This document shows, one piece after another, positions 28,672 to 38,263 of a stretch of DNA of 64,000 nucleotides (its first letter is position 1; every line of letters starts with the position of its first letter). The position numbers and the translations under genes are program-made. A model generated the notes under the pieces. It was not told the DNA's origin. It saw nothing but the letters and a program-made list of their open reading frames with translations, and did no database searches. Source of the stretch: an uncultured Candidatus Saccharibacteria bacterium (GTDB lineage: Bacteria > Patescibacteriota > Minisyncoccia > Phycocordibacterales > DATDWN01); NCBI GenBank assembly GCA_964551495.1, contig CAZKCA010000003.1:4535-68534 (forward strand), given 5' to 3'.

Positions 28672-29564
28672 TAGGTCAGAGAATCAACAATTTTTCCTTC
28701 GTTGTCATAAAGAACAATGTTTTCTCTTCTTTGTTTCCACAAAATCTCACTTCTTTTTAGGTATATTCTCCACTCTTTTTTATAAAAATCAGGATCATCT
28801 TTGTATATATTTATACAAGAATTGTAGTTTATTTTTTCGTATATAAAATTTTTACACTCATAACTCCAATTTATCGGCAGTGTTTTAGTTTCTATTTTAC
28901 ATGAAGGAAATCTGTCTATGTAGTCAAAACAAGCGTCGTTTATTGTTAAGTTCGGTATGGATGAAAGATCCATGTCTCTTGGTCTCGGGCAACTAGTACT
29001 TAAATAGGGAACAAATGTTTGGAATTGAGATAGAAAACCAGAACATTTGTTTGTTTTAAAACTTGCTCCATTTGGAGAGATACCTGTAACTAAATAAACT
29101 TTATCTCCAGGAGACAAAATGACATTTTCTTCGTAGTTTACTTGTCCTGCAAAAAACAAATAAGAAGCCTTTGGTATTGTTGCGGTGTTTCCTGTGCTAG
29201 CACTTCTTATAACCCAACCGGTTATAGGTACGCTGGTTGTTGCTCTACTACTTACTTCTATTGTTACGTATTCTTTTCCTGGGGTTGTTGCCCGGGTTAC
29301 ATTTCTAAGTGAAACTATATCTTTATATTTTGATTCTGTTTTTCGTCTCTCCAAGGTTTCAATTTCTTTTTGTATTTTGTCTGCCTCTTTTTCTATATTA
29401 TTTAAATCTCTTTCAATTTGTACTAAGCTTTTTGGTTGAGAAGCGTTGTTGCTGTTTGATCCATTATTAAAAAATCCCGGTTGACCAACTTTAGAACCTC
29501 CAAAAACAGCAATTCCTATTATAAGTAGTAGTATGCCAACTCCTAAAAGATCGTCATTTTTCAT
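28668..29564 (-). CDS. membrane-anchored extracytoplasmic protein (hypothetical)
   Basis: N-terminal TM helix, a coiled-coil, and a Cys-containing domain. Confidence 0.4.
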   Translation of the reverse strand: MKNDDLLGVGILLLIIGIAVFGGSKVGQPGFFNNGSNSNNASQPKSLVQIERDLNNIEKEADKIQKEIETLERRKTESKYKDIVSLRNVTRATTPGKEYVTIEVSSRATTSVPITGWVIRSASTGNTATIPKASYLFFAGQVNYEENVILSPGDKVYLVTGISPNGASFKTNKCSGFLSQFQTFVPYLSTSCPRPRDMDLSSIPNLTINDACFDYIDRFPSCKIETKTLPINWSYECKNFIYEKINYNSCINIYKDDPDFYKKEWRIYLKRSEILWKQRRENIVLYDNEGKIVDSLTY

Positions 29565-29573
29565 ACTTATATT

Positions 29574-30476
29574 TTACATCTTTTGGTGTTTATCACAAAA
29601 GTGTGTACTTCTTCCTCCAACAATAATTCTTTTTATTGTTCCTCCACAACCTTTTTTACTACAGATAGTTTTTGTTTTTCTGTATACTTTATGAGCATCT
29701 TGAAAACCTCCTTTTTGTCCATATATATTTCTATAATCCGACATAGAATCTCCTCCCATGGAAATTGATTTGTTTAATATTTTAATCATAGAAGACAGGA
29801 TATTTTTTAAATCTCTGTTGTTCAAATCTGCAACTTTTTTCTCTGGGTGTATCCCAGATTGCCACAACACTTCATCTGAGTATATGTTGCCGATACCTGC
29901 TAAAAGAGACTGATCCATTAAAGCAGTTTTGATTTTTAGTTTTGGTTTCTTAAATAACTGATTTTTTAGTATCTTAAGATCTATATCTTTTAAAGGATCT
30001 GGTCCTATATTTTTTAGATGTATGCTTTGGTGAACACTGTCTGTTTCAAACAGTCTAATTGTGGCAAATTTTCTCATATCGGAAAAAGCCAAGCTTTTTC
30101 CGTTGGAAAGTTTGAATAAAAATCTTACAAATCCATTAAAAGGGTCATTTAAATATTTATCATTACTTTTCCACTGGTTATTTTCAAAAAAATATTTTCC
30201 ATACAAAAAATGTCCAGTCATTTTCATGTGTACTAATATTGTTTTGTTTTGAGATAGGTGTATAAGAATATATTTTCCTTTTCTCTCTATATTTTTAAAT
30301 TTCTTACCAATAACTTCTTTTTTAAATATCTCAAAATATTTTTTGTTTTTAAGGCCTTCTTTTTGTTTAGATGTTGTTCCTATAAAATAATCAGTCCACA
30401 CATCTTTTATGGATAAATTTGGCAGGACTTCATTTAATCCTTTAACAGTTGTTGTTACTTCTGGTAGTTCCGGCAT
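29574..30476 (-). CDS. mutM: formamidopyrimidine-DNA glycosylase (Fpg/Nei family)
   Basis: N-terminal MPELPEV with catalytic Pro2/Glu3, a H2TH domain, and a C-terminal zinc finger CSKKGC...CDKHQ. Confidence 0.85.
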   Translation of the reverse strand: MPELPEVTTTVKGLNEVLPNLSIKDVWTDYFIGTTSKQKEGLKNKKYFEIFKKEVIGKKFKNIERKGKYILIHLSQNKTILVHMKMTGHFLYGKYFFENNQWKSNDKYLNDPFNGFVRFLFKLSNGKSLAFSDMRKFATIRLFETDSVHQSIHLKNIGPDPLKDIDLKILKNQLFKKPKLKIKTALMDQSLLAGIGNIYSDEVLWQSGIHPEKKVADLNNRDLKNILSSMIKILNKSISMGGDSMSDYRNIYGQKGGFQDAHKVYRKTKTICSKKGCGGTIKRIIVGGRSTHFCDKHQKM

Positions 30477-30477
30477 T

Positions 30478-31038
30478 TTATGAAAGTAATTTAATAGCTT
30501 TTTTGATTTTTTCTGTCAAATCTTCAGTTTCTGGTATTTTTTTCAAAACTTCTCTTACTTCTCTTTCTCCATATCCAAGAGAAGTTAGGGCCAATAGTGC
30601 ATCTACATCTTGAGATAGGGAAGAAGAAGTTTCTTGGCCAAAGTTAGAAACTTTATCTTTTAGTTCCACAACTATTTTTTCGGCGCTTTTTTTACCAAGT
30701 CCTGAAACTTTTACCAAGTGACTTATATCTCCTGATGCAATACCGTTGATCAGGTTTTTAAGAGATGCTACAGACATTATGGCCATAGCTGATTTTGGTC
30801 CTATACCTGACACAGACAAAAGAAGCTCAAAAAATTCTATTTCTTCTTTTTGACTGAAACCATAAAGATCTAGGGCGTTTTCTCTTACGGCTAAATAAGT
30901 CCAAAAGGAATAATCTTTTTCTTTTGTTGTTTGTAAATAGGCTGTATTTGTATATATTTTGTATCCAACTCCAGAGACGTCTAGTATTACGTATTTTGGA
31001 TCGGTATGTATTATTTTGCCAGACAAGTGTCCTATCAT
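30478..31038 (-). CDS. ruvA: Holliday junction DNA helicase RuvA
   Basis: MIGHLSGKIIHTDPKYVILDVSGVGYKI is the RuvA N-terminus, with HhH motifs (GIGPKSAMAI, GLGKKSAEKI). Confidence 0.9.
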   Translation of the reverse strand: MIGHLSGKIIHTDPKYVILDVSGVGYKIYTNTAYLQTTKEKDYSFWTYLAVRENALDLYGFSQKEEIEFFELLLSVSGIGPKSAMAIMSVASLKNLINGIASGDISHLVKVSGLGKKSAEKIVVELKDKVSNFGQETSSSLSQDVDALLALTSLGYGEREVREVLKKIPETEDLTEKIKKAIKLLS

Positions 31039-31125
31039 GTTAAGTATTATACATAAAGAAACCTCTTTAATCTATTTGGCTAAAAACTTGCTTTATTTTG
31101 TATTCTGTTATACTCTACTTGGCAT

Positions 31126-31389
31126 ATGCCAATCATTAAATCAGCCAAAAAAGCACTAAGAAGCTCTAAAAGAAAGAGAGTTTTTAATCTTAGAAAAAAA
31201 GAAGCTGTTAGCAAAACAATAAAAGAAGTAAAAAAACTATTATCTGAAAAAAAGGTAAAAGAAGCAGAAGCTCTAATGCCTAAGGTTCAGAAAATTTTAG
31301 ATAAATCTGCTAAAACAGGTCTTCTAAAGAAGAACACAGTTTCTAGAAAAAAAGCAAGAATAGCGAAAATGATAAAAAAAGCTAAATAA
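31126..31389 (+). CDS. rpsT: 30S ribosomal protein S20
   Basis: MPIIKSAKKALRSSKRKR is the S20 N-terminus. The protein is basic and 87 aa, with a terminator hairpin at 31390-31425. Confidence 0.85.
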   Translation: MPIIKSAKKALRSSKRKRVFNLRKKEAVSKTIKEVKKLLSEKKVKEAEALMPKVQKILDKSAKTGLLKKNTVSRKKARIAKMIKKAK

Positions 31390-31422
31390 CAAAAAACCAC
31401 CAGTAGGTGGTTTTTTGTTTTA

Positions 31423-31683
31423 ATGGTTGGTATAATTTTGGTATTAGAAGTTAATTTTAAAAATATGGGATTTTTTGAAGGATTTTTTAGTGGAAATAAA
31501 GAGGAAGAAAAATCAGTTGCTACAGAAGGAGTAGAAGAGGAAACAAATTCTTATAAAGAATTAATGATGCTTGAGGATCAAATAGAAAAAGCGAATAATG
31601 ATCCAGAATTTGCTGAAACAATAGATAGGAAATTCATAGAAGAAAAGATAGCTAATCTTAAAGAAAGACTAAATATACAGTAA
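31423..31683 (+). CDS. small acidic coiled-coil protein (hypothetical)
   Basis: 86-aa ORF followed by a terminator hairpin (AACACCCGAAAGGGTGTTTTT). Confidence 0.35.
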   Translation: MVGIILVLEVNFKNMGFFEGFFSGNKEEEKSVATEGVEEETNSYKELMMLEDQIEKANNDPEFAETIDRKFIEEKIANLKERLNIQ

Positions 31684-31714
31684 TATAAAAACACCCGAAA
31701 GGGTGTTTTTATAA

Positions 31715-31785
31715 GCCTTCTTAGTTCAGTGGTAGAACAGTGGTATCGTAAACCACAAACATCAGTTCGATTCTGATAGGGGGCT
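31715..31785 (+). tRNA. tRNA-Thr (anticodon CGT)
   Basis: Cloverleaf with D-arm GTTCAGTGGTAGAAC, anticodon stem GTGGT/ACCAC around loop ATCGTAA, and T-arm ATCAGTTCGATTCTGAT. The acceptor GCCTTCT/AGGGGGC has two G.U pairs. Confidence 0.7.
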
Positions 31786-32065
31786 CAAATTTGTTGTTTA
31801 GGTAGGTTGTAAATCTAAAGAAAAGCAAATCATTGCTTGGTAGGAAATTCGTCACCAGCTCTCTCTTTGCTGTCCGCCTTGTTGTCGAGACAGGTCGCAA
31901 AATTGATAGGAATCGATCCTTACAGGGGGAGTACCCCAATTGGATATTTTTTTTCGTAAACTCCAAAAATATCGCAATCGGGCTTCGATTCCTAACGAAA
32001 AGCAATAACATTGTTTTTCTCCGAGAGCACAATAATAAAACCCCTGAAAGGGTGTTTTATTATTG

Positions 32066-32137
32066 TGCTCTCGGTAGGAATCGAACCTACATTACAACTT
32101 CCGCAAAGTTGCGTCCTATCCATTGAACGACGAGAGC
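32066..32137 (-). tRNA. tRNA-Arg (anticodon reads GCG)
   Basis: Minus-strand cloverleaf with acceptor GCTCTCG/CGAGAGC, anticodon stem CAACT/AGTTG around loop TTGCGGA, and T-arm GTAGGTTCGATTCCTAC. A bidirectional terminator hairpin at about 32020-32065 lies on its 3' side. Confidence 0.7.
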
Positions 32138-32164
32138 AGATGCCTCAAGACTATCACAAAGAAA

Positions 32165-32620
32165 TTAGAAACCAAAGTAGATTAAAAGTTTTGCAAGAAA
32201 AGGTTCTGTATGAGTTTCTTCTTCCAAAAAGTCTTCCAAAAAGTCTCTTATTTCTTCAGGATCATGTTCTTTGATTAGTATTATTACATAAGAAGACAAC
32301 TTCTTTTTTAATTGAAAGATTATTCTAGGGTATTTGTCTTTATTTTCTACATGAAAAGATTTTATATCTGAGTATGGGTAGTAAATATTACCGTGTATGA
32401 TACCTTTTTGATTTAGTTCAATCTTTATATTTTGAGGTTTACGTGAAGCATAAAGAGTCAGTGTAAACATTGCTACCAGAAGTAATACAGCAAAAATAAC
32501 ATTGTTTAACATTATAGAAATCGTAGCCGCTGAAACTGTAATTATACCTACTATCCAATACCAATCTGATGTTTTTTCTGTATGAATATATTCAGGTGCA
32601 ATCCAATTTATTTTTTCCAT
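32165..32620 (-). CDS. membrane protein (hypothetical, N-terminal TM pair)
   Basis: Two TM helices near the N-terminus. No motif. Confidence 0.4.
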   Translation of the reverse strand: MEKINWIAPEYIHTEKTSDWYWIVGIITVSAATISIMLNNVIFAVLLLVAMFTLTLYASRKPQNIKIELNQKGIIHGNIYYPYSDIKSFHVENKDKYPRIIFQLKKKLSSYVIILIKEHDPEEIRDFLEDFLEEETHTEPFLAKLLIYFGF

Positions 32621-32632
32621 AGTCTAATTATA

Positions 32633-33070
32633 TCATTTTAAAGGTCTCAAGTGAGAAGCTATACCCAAAGCCGCAGCAATAAGAGCTGTGTTCTTAATAA
32701 TGTACTGTCCTTCTAATGTTGGAGACATAAAACCCAACCATGTCACAGGAGTTAAAACAAATAAAGGGAGAACTGTTGTTATCATATGTATAAAAAGTAA
32801 AGGGATAACAACTCTTTCCACTTTTGGGATTATAAATAAAATTCCTATAAGCATTTCAAATAATCCAAACAAAACAATAAAAACTTCAAAAGAAATAAAA
32901 GGGAGAGTTCTTGAAAGTAAGTCATTTACTAAAGGGTTTGCTGGACTCTGATCTAAAACTTTCAGAAAACCAAACCAGAAAAATATTATAAACAAACTAA
33001 TTCTGGCAAAAGGGATAGATATCTTTTTGAAGAAATTTATCAAATGTAAGTCAAATGATTTAATATTCAT
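32633..33070 (-). CDS. DoxX-family membrane protein
   Basis: Four TM helices with a DoxX-like FWFGFLK segment. Confidence 0.45.
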   Translation of the reverse strand: MNIKSFDLHLINFFKKISIPFARISLFIIFFWFGFLKVLDQSPANPLVNDLLSRTLPFISFEVFIVLFGLFEMLIGILFIIPKVERVVIPLLFIHMITTVLPLFVLTPVTWLGFMSPTLEGQYIIKNTALIAAALGIASHLRPLK

Positions 33071-33071
33071 A

Positions 33072-34325
33072 TTATCTTATTTTAGTTATGTCTCTTGGAT
33101 AAAAAATGTCTAGAGTCCATTCAAATGCTATATGAAATCTTTTTTGCCAAGAAAGAAATTTGAATAAATAAACGGTTCTCCATATCCACCATGCAATTTT
33201 TCCACTTATTACCACAGAGAAAACTTCTCCAGTAGCATACCATTGACCCAAAGAAACCAATGTTCCTTTTGATTTGTATATAAAGTTTTTTAGTTTTTTA
33301 TTTTTTATTGTAGCTATTATATTTTTGGCAACAAATTCTGCTTCGGCTACTGCTACTTGAGCAAGCATTGGAGGAGGAGGAACATTTTCTCCTTGGTTTA
33401 CACATGCGGTATCACCTAGAACAAAAACATCAGAAATGCCAATCATCCTGAGAAAAGAATCTGTTTCCATTCTTCCGCCTAAAAGACTTGGTTCATGTTC
33501 TATGTATTTTGGTGGCACAGGTGTTACACCAGTTGCCCAAATTATTGTACTAGCGGATATAGAATTACCATCATCAAAAACTATTTCCTGTGGTTTTACA
33601 GAAGAAACTTTTTTAGACATCATAAGAGTTATTCCCATTTTCTGTAATCTTTGGGTGGCTATTGTTTGAATTTTTTTATTAAAAGGCCTAAGTATTGTGT
33701 CTCCTGTATCTACCAAGCAAACAGAAATGTCTTTTACATGGTATCTTTTCTCACCTTTGTAGTATCGATTTTTTATTTCTCCTGCAAACTCTGCTATTTC
33801 AGAAACAGTTTCTACTCCAGTGGGGCCTCCACCTACCACAACAAAAGTTAAAAGTTTTTTTCTCTCTTCTTCATTTTTAGACAAAGTAGCCTTCTCAAAA
33901 GCATCTATTATTTGGGATCTTATTTTTACAGCGTCATCTAGATTTTTAAGACCAAAGGTGTTTTCTTTGGCACCTTCTATTCCATAATAATTAGTTTCAG
34001 CTCCGGTAGCCAAAACAAGATAGTCGTATTTTATCTCACAATTTTCTGTGGAAATCTTTTTATCTTTTGGGTTAATTGATAAAACAGTGTCTTGATATAT
34101 TGTGATTCCGCTATTTTTAAAAATTTCTCTTATTGGTTCAGAAACAGAAGTTGGTCTCAGTCCTCCAGTAGCCACTTCGTGAAGTAGTGGGGTAAATAGA
34201 AAATAATTTGTTTTATTAATAAGTGTTACATCTATTTTATTTTTCTTAACAAAAGGAGCCAAATGTCTTGCTGTATAAAGCCCTCCAAATCCTGCTCCGA
34301 CTATAACTATATGTGGTTTTGCCAT
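33072..34325 (-). CDS. ndh: type II NADH dehydrogenase (NDH-2) / FAD-dependent pyridine nucleotide-disulfide oxidoreductase
   Basis: Two Rossmann dinucleotide motifs (HIVIVGAGFGGLY and VVVGGGPTGVE) in a 417-aa protein. Confidence 0.75.
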   Translation of the reverse strand: MAKPHIVIVGAGFGGLYTARHLAPFVKKNKIDVTLINKTNYFLFTPLLHEVATGGLRPTSVSEPIREIFKNSGITIYQDTVLSINPKDKKISTENCEIKYDYLVLATGAETNYYGIEGAKENTFGLKNLDDAVKIRSQIIDAFEKATLSKNEEERKKLLTFVVVGGGPTGVETVSEIAEFAGEIKNRYYKGEKRYHVKDISVCLVDTGDTILRPFNKKIQTIATQRLQKMGITLMMSKKVSSVKPQEIVFDDGNSISASTIIWATGVTPVPPKYIEHEPSLLGGRMETDSFLRMIGISDVFVLGDTACVNQGENVPPPPMLAQVAVAEAEFVAKNIIATIKNKKLKNFIYKSKGTLVSLGQWYATGEVFSVVISGKIAWWIWRTVYLFKFLSWQKRFHIAFEWTLDIFYPRDITKIR

Positions 34326-34705
34326 AATCCTAATTATAACTTATGGGGCTATAATCGGAAGGGGAAAAGAAAAAACACCTGAAGGTGTTTTTTGCGGAGG
34401 AGGTGAGATTCTCCCTCGACTCAAATACTCGCCGTCTCTCGTATTTGGTCTGGGCACCGACTCACAACCCATTGCTCTCGATGGGTGCCCGCTCTGTCGT
34501 TCGAATCTCACCTCCTCATTTAGACAAACAAAAAATTCCTAATACCTCAATCGGTATTAGGAATTTCCGTTGCGGTGTACTCGGGTATGGTACCCCACAC
34601 TCCAAGCCTTGTAAGGCTATTTTAGCGCATTTGAGATGAGAAGAAAAAGGTTTGTGGGTCGGGTCTCTTTTCTGAGCATGAGACATCTAAGGGGGTTAGT
34701 GAGCT

Positions 34706-35479
34706 GTGCCCACAAATGCCAACAAATGCCAATTTTTTGATATAATAAAAAACATGACAGTCGGCGAATTGGTATATCAAACAGCAATCAAAGAGGGATA
34801 CAGCCCAACTTTTGCAGAAGGGCTTATTTCACCGTTGAATAATGCGGTAGAGGCGTACCAAAAAGCTTTTGAATATATAAGGGAACCCCTCAAGACGGTC
34901 AGTTCGGTAATCGAATCTGTACGACCTCAAATGGAAGCTATGGCAAAATTGCCTCTTCCTTCAATACCACAGATAACAATGCCGGCACTTCCTGAAACTT
35001 TTGACGAGGAGGATGGTTATTTCATGCCCGTATTAACACGACCGGTTCAGGAGGTTCGGATTGTGAACCCCGAGGACATTGTCGTCGCACCAGCGAGACA
35101 AAACCATAAATATGTAACTGCCTCATATCAACTCCCTGGTAATGCTAAATGGGAATCCCTCGACATCCAGTTCGTCGATGGGCATTTCGTCAGGGTATCG
35201 TATCCAAAAATGGAACCAAAGAAATTCGACTTCAAAGACATGGGATTTCTCAACACGAAGACGAACCGCCCCGACCGCAAGTGGGAGTTACTCAGGGAAA
35301 TGGCCGATAACGGTGGTGCGTTAGCCAACGATAAGTGGGATGGGCGGTATAGTAGGAACATCAAGTACGACCTAAATGTTCAACTCAGAGAGTTCTTCGG
35401 TATGAATGAAAACCCGATCCCTCATTACACTAAGAAGAATGGGTACTGGGCGAAATTTACACTACGAGGAGACAGATAG
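34706..35479 (+). CDS. hypothetical protein (island cargo)
   Basis: 257-aa ORF with island-like codon usage. Confidence 0.45.
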   Translation: MPTNANKCQFFDIIKNMTVGELVYQTAIKEGYSPTFAEGLISPLNNAVEAYQKAFEYIREPLKTVSSVIESVRPQMEAMAKLPLPSIPQITMPALPETFDEEDGYFMPVLTRPVQEVRIVNPEDIVVAPARQNHKYVTASYQLPGNAKWESLDIQFVDGHFVRVSYPKMEPKKFDFKDMGFLNTKTNRPDRKWELLREMADNGGALANDKWDGRYSRNIKYDLNVQLREFFGMNENPIPHYTKKNGYWAKFTLRGDR

Positions 35480-35655
35480 TCATTTCAACTGAGATGACGA
35501 AACAAAGACCCTTAGCTGGAAACAGCAAAGGGTCTTTTGTATTAAGGATATTTTTGGTCACAGTTCCTGAAAGTCAAAAGAAAATTGTCATTTTGTCATT
35601 CAATGACGAATAAGGGTAGAAGAGCTTAATAAAACCCTCTTCTGACATTAACCCT

Positions 35656-36951
35656 ATGGCAAAACAAAAGATCATATGGTCGCCAACCACTCGCAAGCTC
35701 GGCGACTTGATCAAAAACGGGTATAACCCACGCTCGTTAAGCGAGAATGAACGCAGGGACTTGGAGAAGTCCGTGAAAGAGTTCGGAACGGTTGTCCCTA
35801 TCGTCCTCAACATCGGCTCGCGAGCCAACACCATCATCGGCGGCGAACAGCGGGTCAAGGTATACGCCGACCTCGGTATTGAGGAGGTCGAATGTATGAT
35901 ACCTTCCCGAGAGCTAACGCTCAGTGAAGAACGAGAACTTAACCTCCGCCTCAACAAGAATACTGGCTCTTGGAATGAAGAGCTTCTCAAAGATTTCGAC
36001 ATGAACGTACTGCTCGATGTCGGCTTTGGTGACGAGGAGCTTCAGAACCTCTTCGACGACGTCGATGTAGTCGATGACGATTTCAATATAGAGAAAGCAC
36101 TCAAGGATACGATCACGCCAAAAGTGAAGTCGGGAGAAATCTGGGAACTCGGTAAGCATCGTCTTCTTGTCGGCGACTCGACTGACAAGGAATCGGTGGA
36201 GAGACTTATGAACGGAGACTTAGCGGACATCGTGTACTGCGATCCTCCCTACAACATTGGTCTCGACTATTCCAAGGGAGTTGGCAACAAAGAAAAGTAT
36301 CAAGGTTCATATTCCGGTAAGGACGACTCCAAGAAGGACAGTGAGTACATGGAATTCTTGGACAAGAGCATGGAGGTGGCAAAAAGCATAAGCAAGAAAG
36401 ACGCCCATCTATTCTACTGGTGCGATTCTTCATACATTGGGGTGGTGCAGAGCTTGTATGCAAAGCACAAGGTTGATGCGAAGCGTGTCTGCCTGTGGCT
36501 TAAGAATAATCAAAATCCTACGCACAAAATCGCCTTCAATAAAGTGTATGAGCCGTGTGTATACGGAACGACTGGCAAACCGTATCTCAACCAGGGGCTA
36601 AATAACGTAAACGAAATTCTCAACCAGGAAGTAACCACCGGCAATCAGGTGCATGACGAGATATTAGACATGATCGACATCTGGATCGAGAAGCGAGACA
36701 ACGCTCAGTCATACCAGCACCCTACTCAAAAACCTGTAACCCTGAATGAGAAACCGTTCAAACGATGCAGTGCTCCACTTCACATTGTCTATAGCGGATT
36801 TGCCGGAAGCGGCAGTGACCTCATTGCGGCAGAAGAACTGAATCGCGTATGGCGAGGTGTCGAGGTTGATCTCATCTTCGCGACCATCGTTATCGACCGA
36901 TGGGAGAAATTTACCAATCTTAAGGCAAAGAAAATCTATGGAAATAACTAA
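35656..36951 (+). CDS. ParB-like nuclease domain fused to a DNA amino-methyltransferase (N6-adenine or N4-cytosine)
   Basis: N-terminal ParB/Srx-like region (NGYNPRSL...VVPIVLN) and C-terminal MTase motif IV (IVYCDPPYN). This is a phage-typical ParB-MTase fusion. Confidence 0.8.
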   Translation: MAKQKIIWSPTTRKLGDLIKNGYNPRSLSENERRDLEKSVKEFGTVVPIVLNIGSRANTIIGGEQRVKVYADLGIEEVECMIPSRELTLSEERELNLRLNKNTGSWNEELLKDFDMNVLLDVGFGDEELQNLFDDVDVVDDDFNIEKALKDTITPKVKSGEIWELGKHRLLVGDSTDKESVERLMNGDLADIVYCDPPYNIGLDYSKGVGNKEKYQGSYSGKDDSKKDSEYMEFLDKSMEVAKSISKKDAHLFYWCDSSYIGVVQSLYAKHKVDAKRVCLWLKNNQNPTHKIAFNKVYEPCVYGTTGKPYLNQGLNNVNEILNQEVTTGNQVHDEILDMIDIWIEKRDNAQSYQHPTQKPVTLNEKPFKRCSAPLHIVYSGFAGSGSDLIAAEELNRVWRGVEVDLIFATIVIDRWEKFTNLKAKKIYGNN

Positions 36952-37687
36952 AGGAGACATATTCAAGGTCGGCGATCACACTATCGCGTGCGGTGATTCG
37001 CTTGATAGAGCCTTTGTCAGCAGGGTCATCGGGTCAAGTAAAGTACGGGCGGTCATCACCGACCCTCCTTATGGCGTTGCGTATGTTGAGAACAAGAAAG
37101 GCATATCGAAGCTCGGTGTAAAAGACGAAAAAGCAATCGTGGGCGACCATCTCCAAAGTGAAGATGAGTACGAGGAATTTACTCGCAAGTACCTTGGAAT
37201 GGTCGTGCCCTATCTTGAGGAATACAACGCGGTTTACATCTTTAATGCCGACCCAATGTTTCCGAGTCTTCGATCAGGTATGAAGTCTGCAGGCTTCTAC
37301 TATAGCCAAATGATCATCTGGCTCAAAAACCAACCTGTCATGAGTCGAAAGGATTACCTTTCGCTTTATGAACTCATCGCCTACGGCTGGTTCGGCAAGC
37401 ACAAGATGGAACGATCAAAAGCAAAGAACGTGATCTACTATCCACGACCGACACGATCAAGACTGCATCCGACGCAAAAACCCGTGGGACTTTTGCGAAA
37501 GATTATCCCTAACTCAACGAAGGTCGGCGACATTGTCTATGACCCCTTCCTTGGAAGCGGGTCGATCGCTGTTGCGTGTGAACACTTAGGTCGAAAGTGT
37601 ATCGGCATCGAGCTTGATGAGGCGTATGTGGTGGCGTCACTCAAAAGGCTTGAGAAGCTCACCGGCGCAAAGGCGGTGAAAGTATGA
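36938..37687 (+). CDS. DNA amino-methyltransferase (second, adjacent)
   Basis: Motif IV VITDPPYGVAYV and a SAM-binding DPFLGSGS segment. The ATG at 36938 overlaps the upstream MTase by 14 nt. Confidence 0.8.
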   Translation: MEITKGDIFKVGDHTIACGDSLDRAFVSRVIGSSKVRAVITDPPYGVAYVENKKGISKLGVKDEKAIVGDHLQSEDEYEEFTRKYLGMVVPYLEEYNAVYIFNADPMFPSLRSGMKSAGFYYSQMIIWLKNQPVMSRKDYLSLYELIAYGWFGKHKMERSKAKNVIYYPRPTRSRLHPTQKPVGLLRKIIPNSTKVGDIVYDPFLGSGSIAVACEHLGRKCIGIELDEAYVVASLKRLEKLTGAKAVKV

Positions 37688-37691
37688 GTGT

Positions 37692-38066
37692 ATGCAAGAA
37701 GAAGATTTTTCCAAGGATCCGTATAAAAAACAGATCTACGAAACCTACGCTCTTTGGAAGTCTCTTCCCTCATTTCTTAAAGGACAGCCGAGGGTGGCGC
37801 TTGAAAAGTTTGGCATTGAGGAAGAAGCGGTCTTTGAGCTCTTATCAGTAAAGACTCAACTTGATTTTTCCAAGAAGTATGTGGTCGACGTCGGTACGCT
37901 TACTGACTGGAACAAGCGACTTGAGAGGGACGGGATAAGCAAAAACCTAAATGTGTGGGCGCGCAAGCTCACACCGAATGTCATCTTCGCCCTCTACAAA
38001 AACATCATCAAGAGTGGTCGAGCCCACGAGGTACGTGCATGGTTTGAGATCGTAGAAAATCACTAA
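37692..38066 (+). CDS. hypothetical protein (island cargo)
   Basis: 124-aa ORF co-directional with and tightly linked to the MTases. Confidence 0.4.
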   Translation: MQEEDFSKDPYKKQIYETYALWKSLPSFLKGQPRVALEKFGIEEEAVFELLSVKTQLDFSKKYVVDVGTLTDWNKRLERDGISKNLNVWARKLTPNVIFALYKNIIKSGRAHEVRAWFEIVENH

Positions 38067-38068
38067 AT

Positions 38069-38263
38069 ATGGAACCTATAAATTTAGCAGAAATAAATCA
38101 CATTCTTTCGGACACCCTCCGCAAGGTGTTGAACAAAGAGATATCGCACAAGCAGGCATCTATGATTGCCAGACTTGCTTCTACTCTTTCCAAAAACATC
38201 GTGAATACAGAATTGAAGGAACGGGTCGAATTCCTTGAAAACGCACTACGAAGAAACAAGTAA
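38069..38263 (+). CDS. small hypothetical protein
   Basis: 64-aa ORF that overlaps the next gene. Confidence 0.3.
   Translation: MEPINLAEINHILSDTLRKVLNKEISHKQASMIARLASTLSKNIVNTELKERVEFLENALRRNK

Noticed and set aside
31721-32274. ORFs 31721-32032(-), 31833-32126(+) and 32011-32274(+)
   Set aside because: They overlap tRNA-Thr, tRNA-Arg and the terminator hairpins. Artefacts of the tRNA spacer.
34394-34520. Possible intron-containing or oversized tRNA at the left island boundary
   Set aside because: The acceptor-like arms come from an inverted duplication of the tRNA-Ser 3' end. No D-arm or anticodon arm can be folded.
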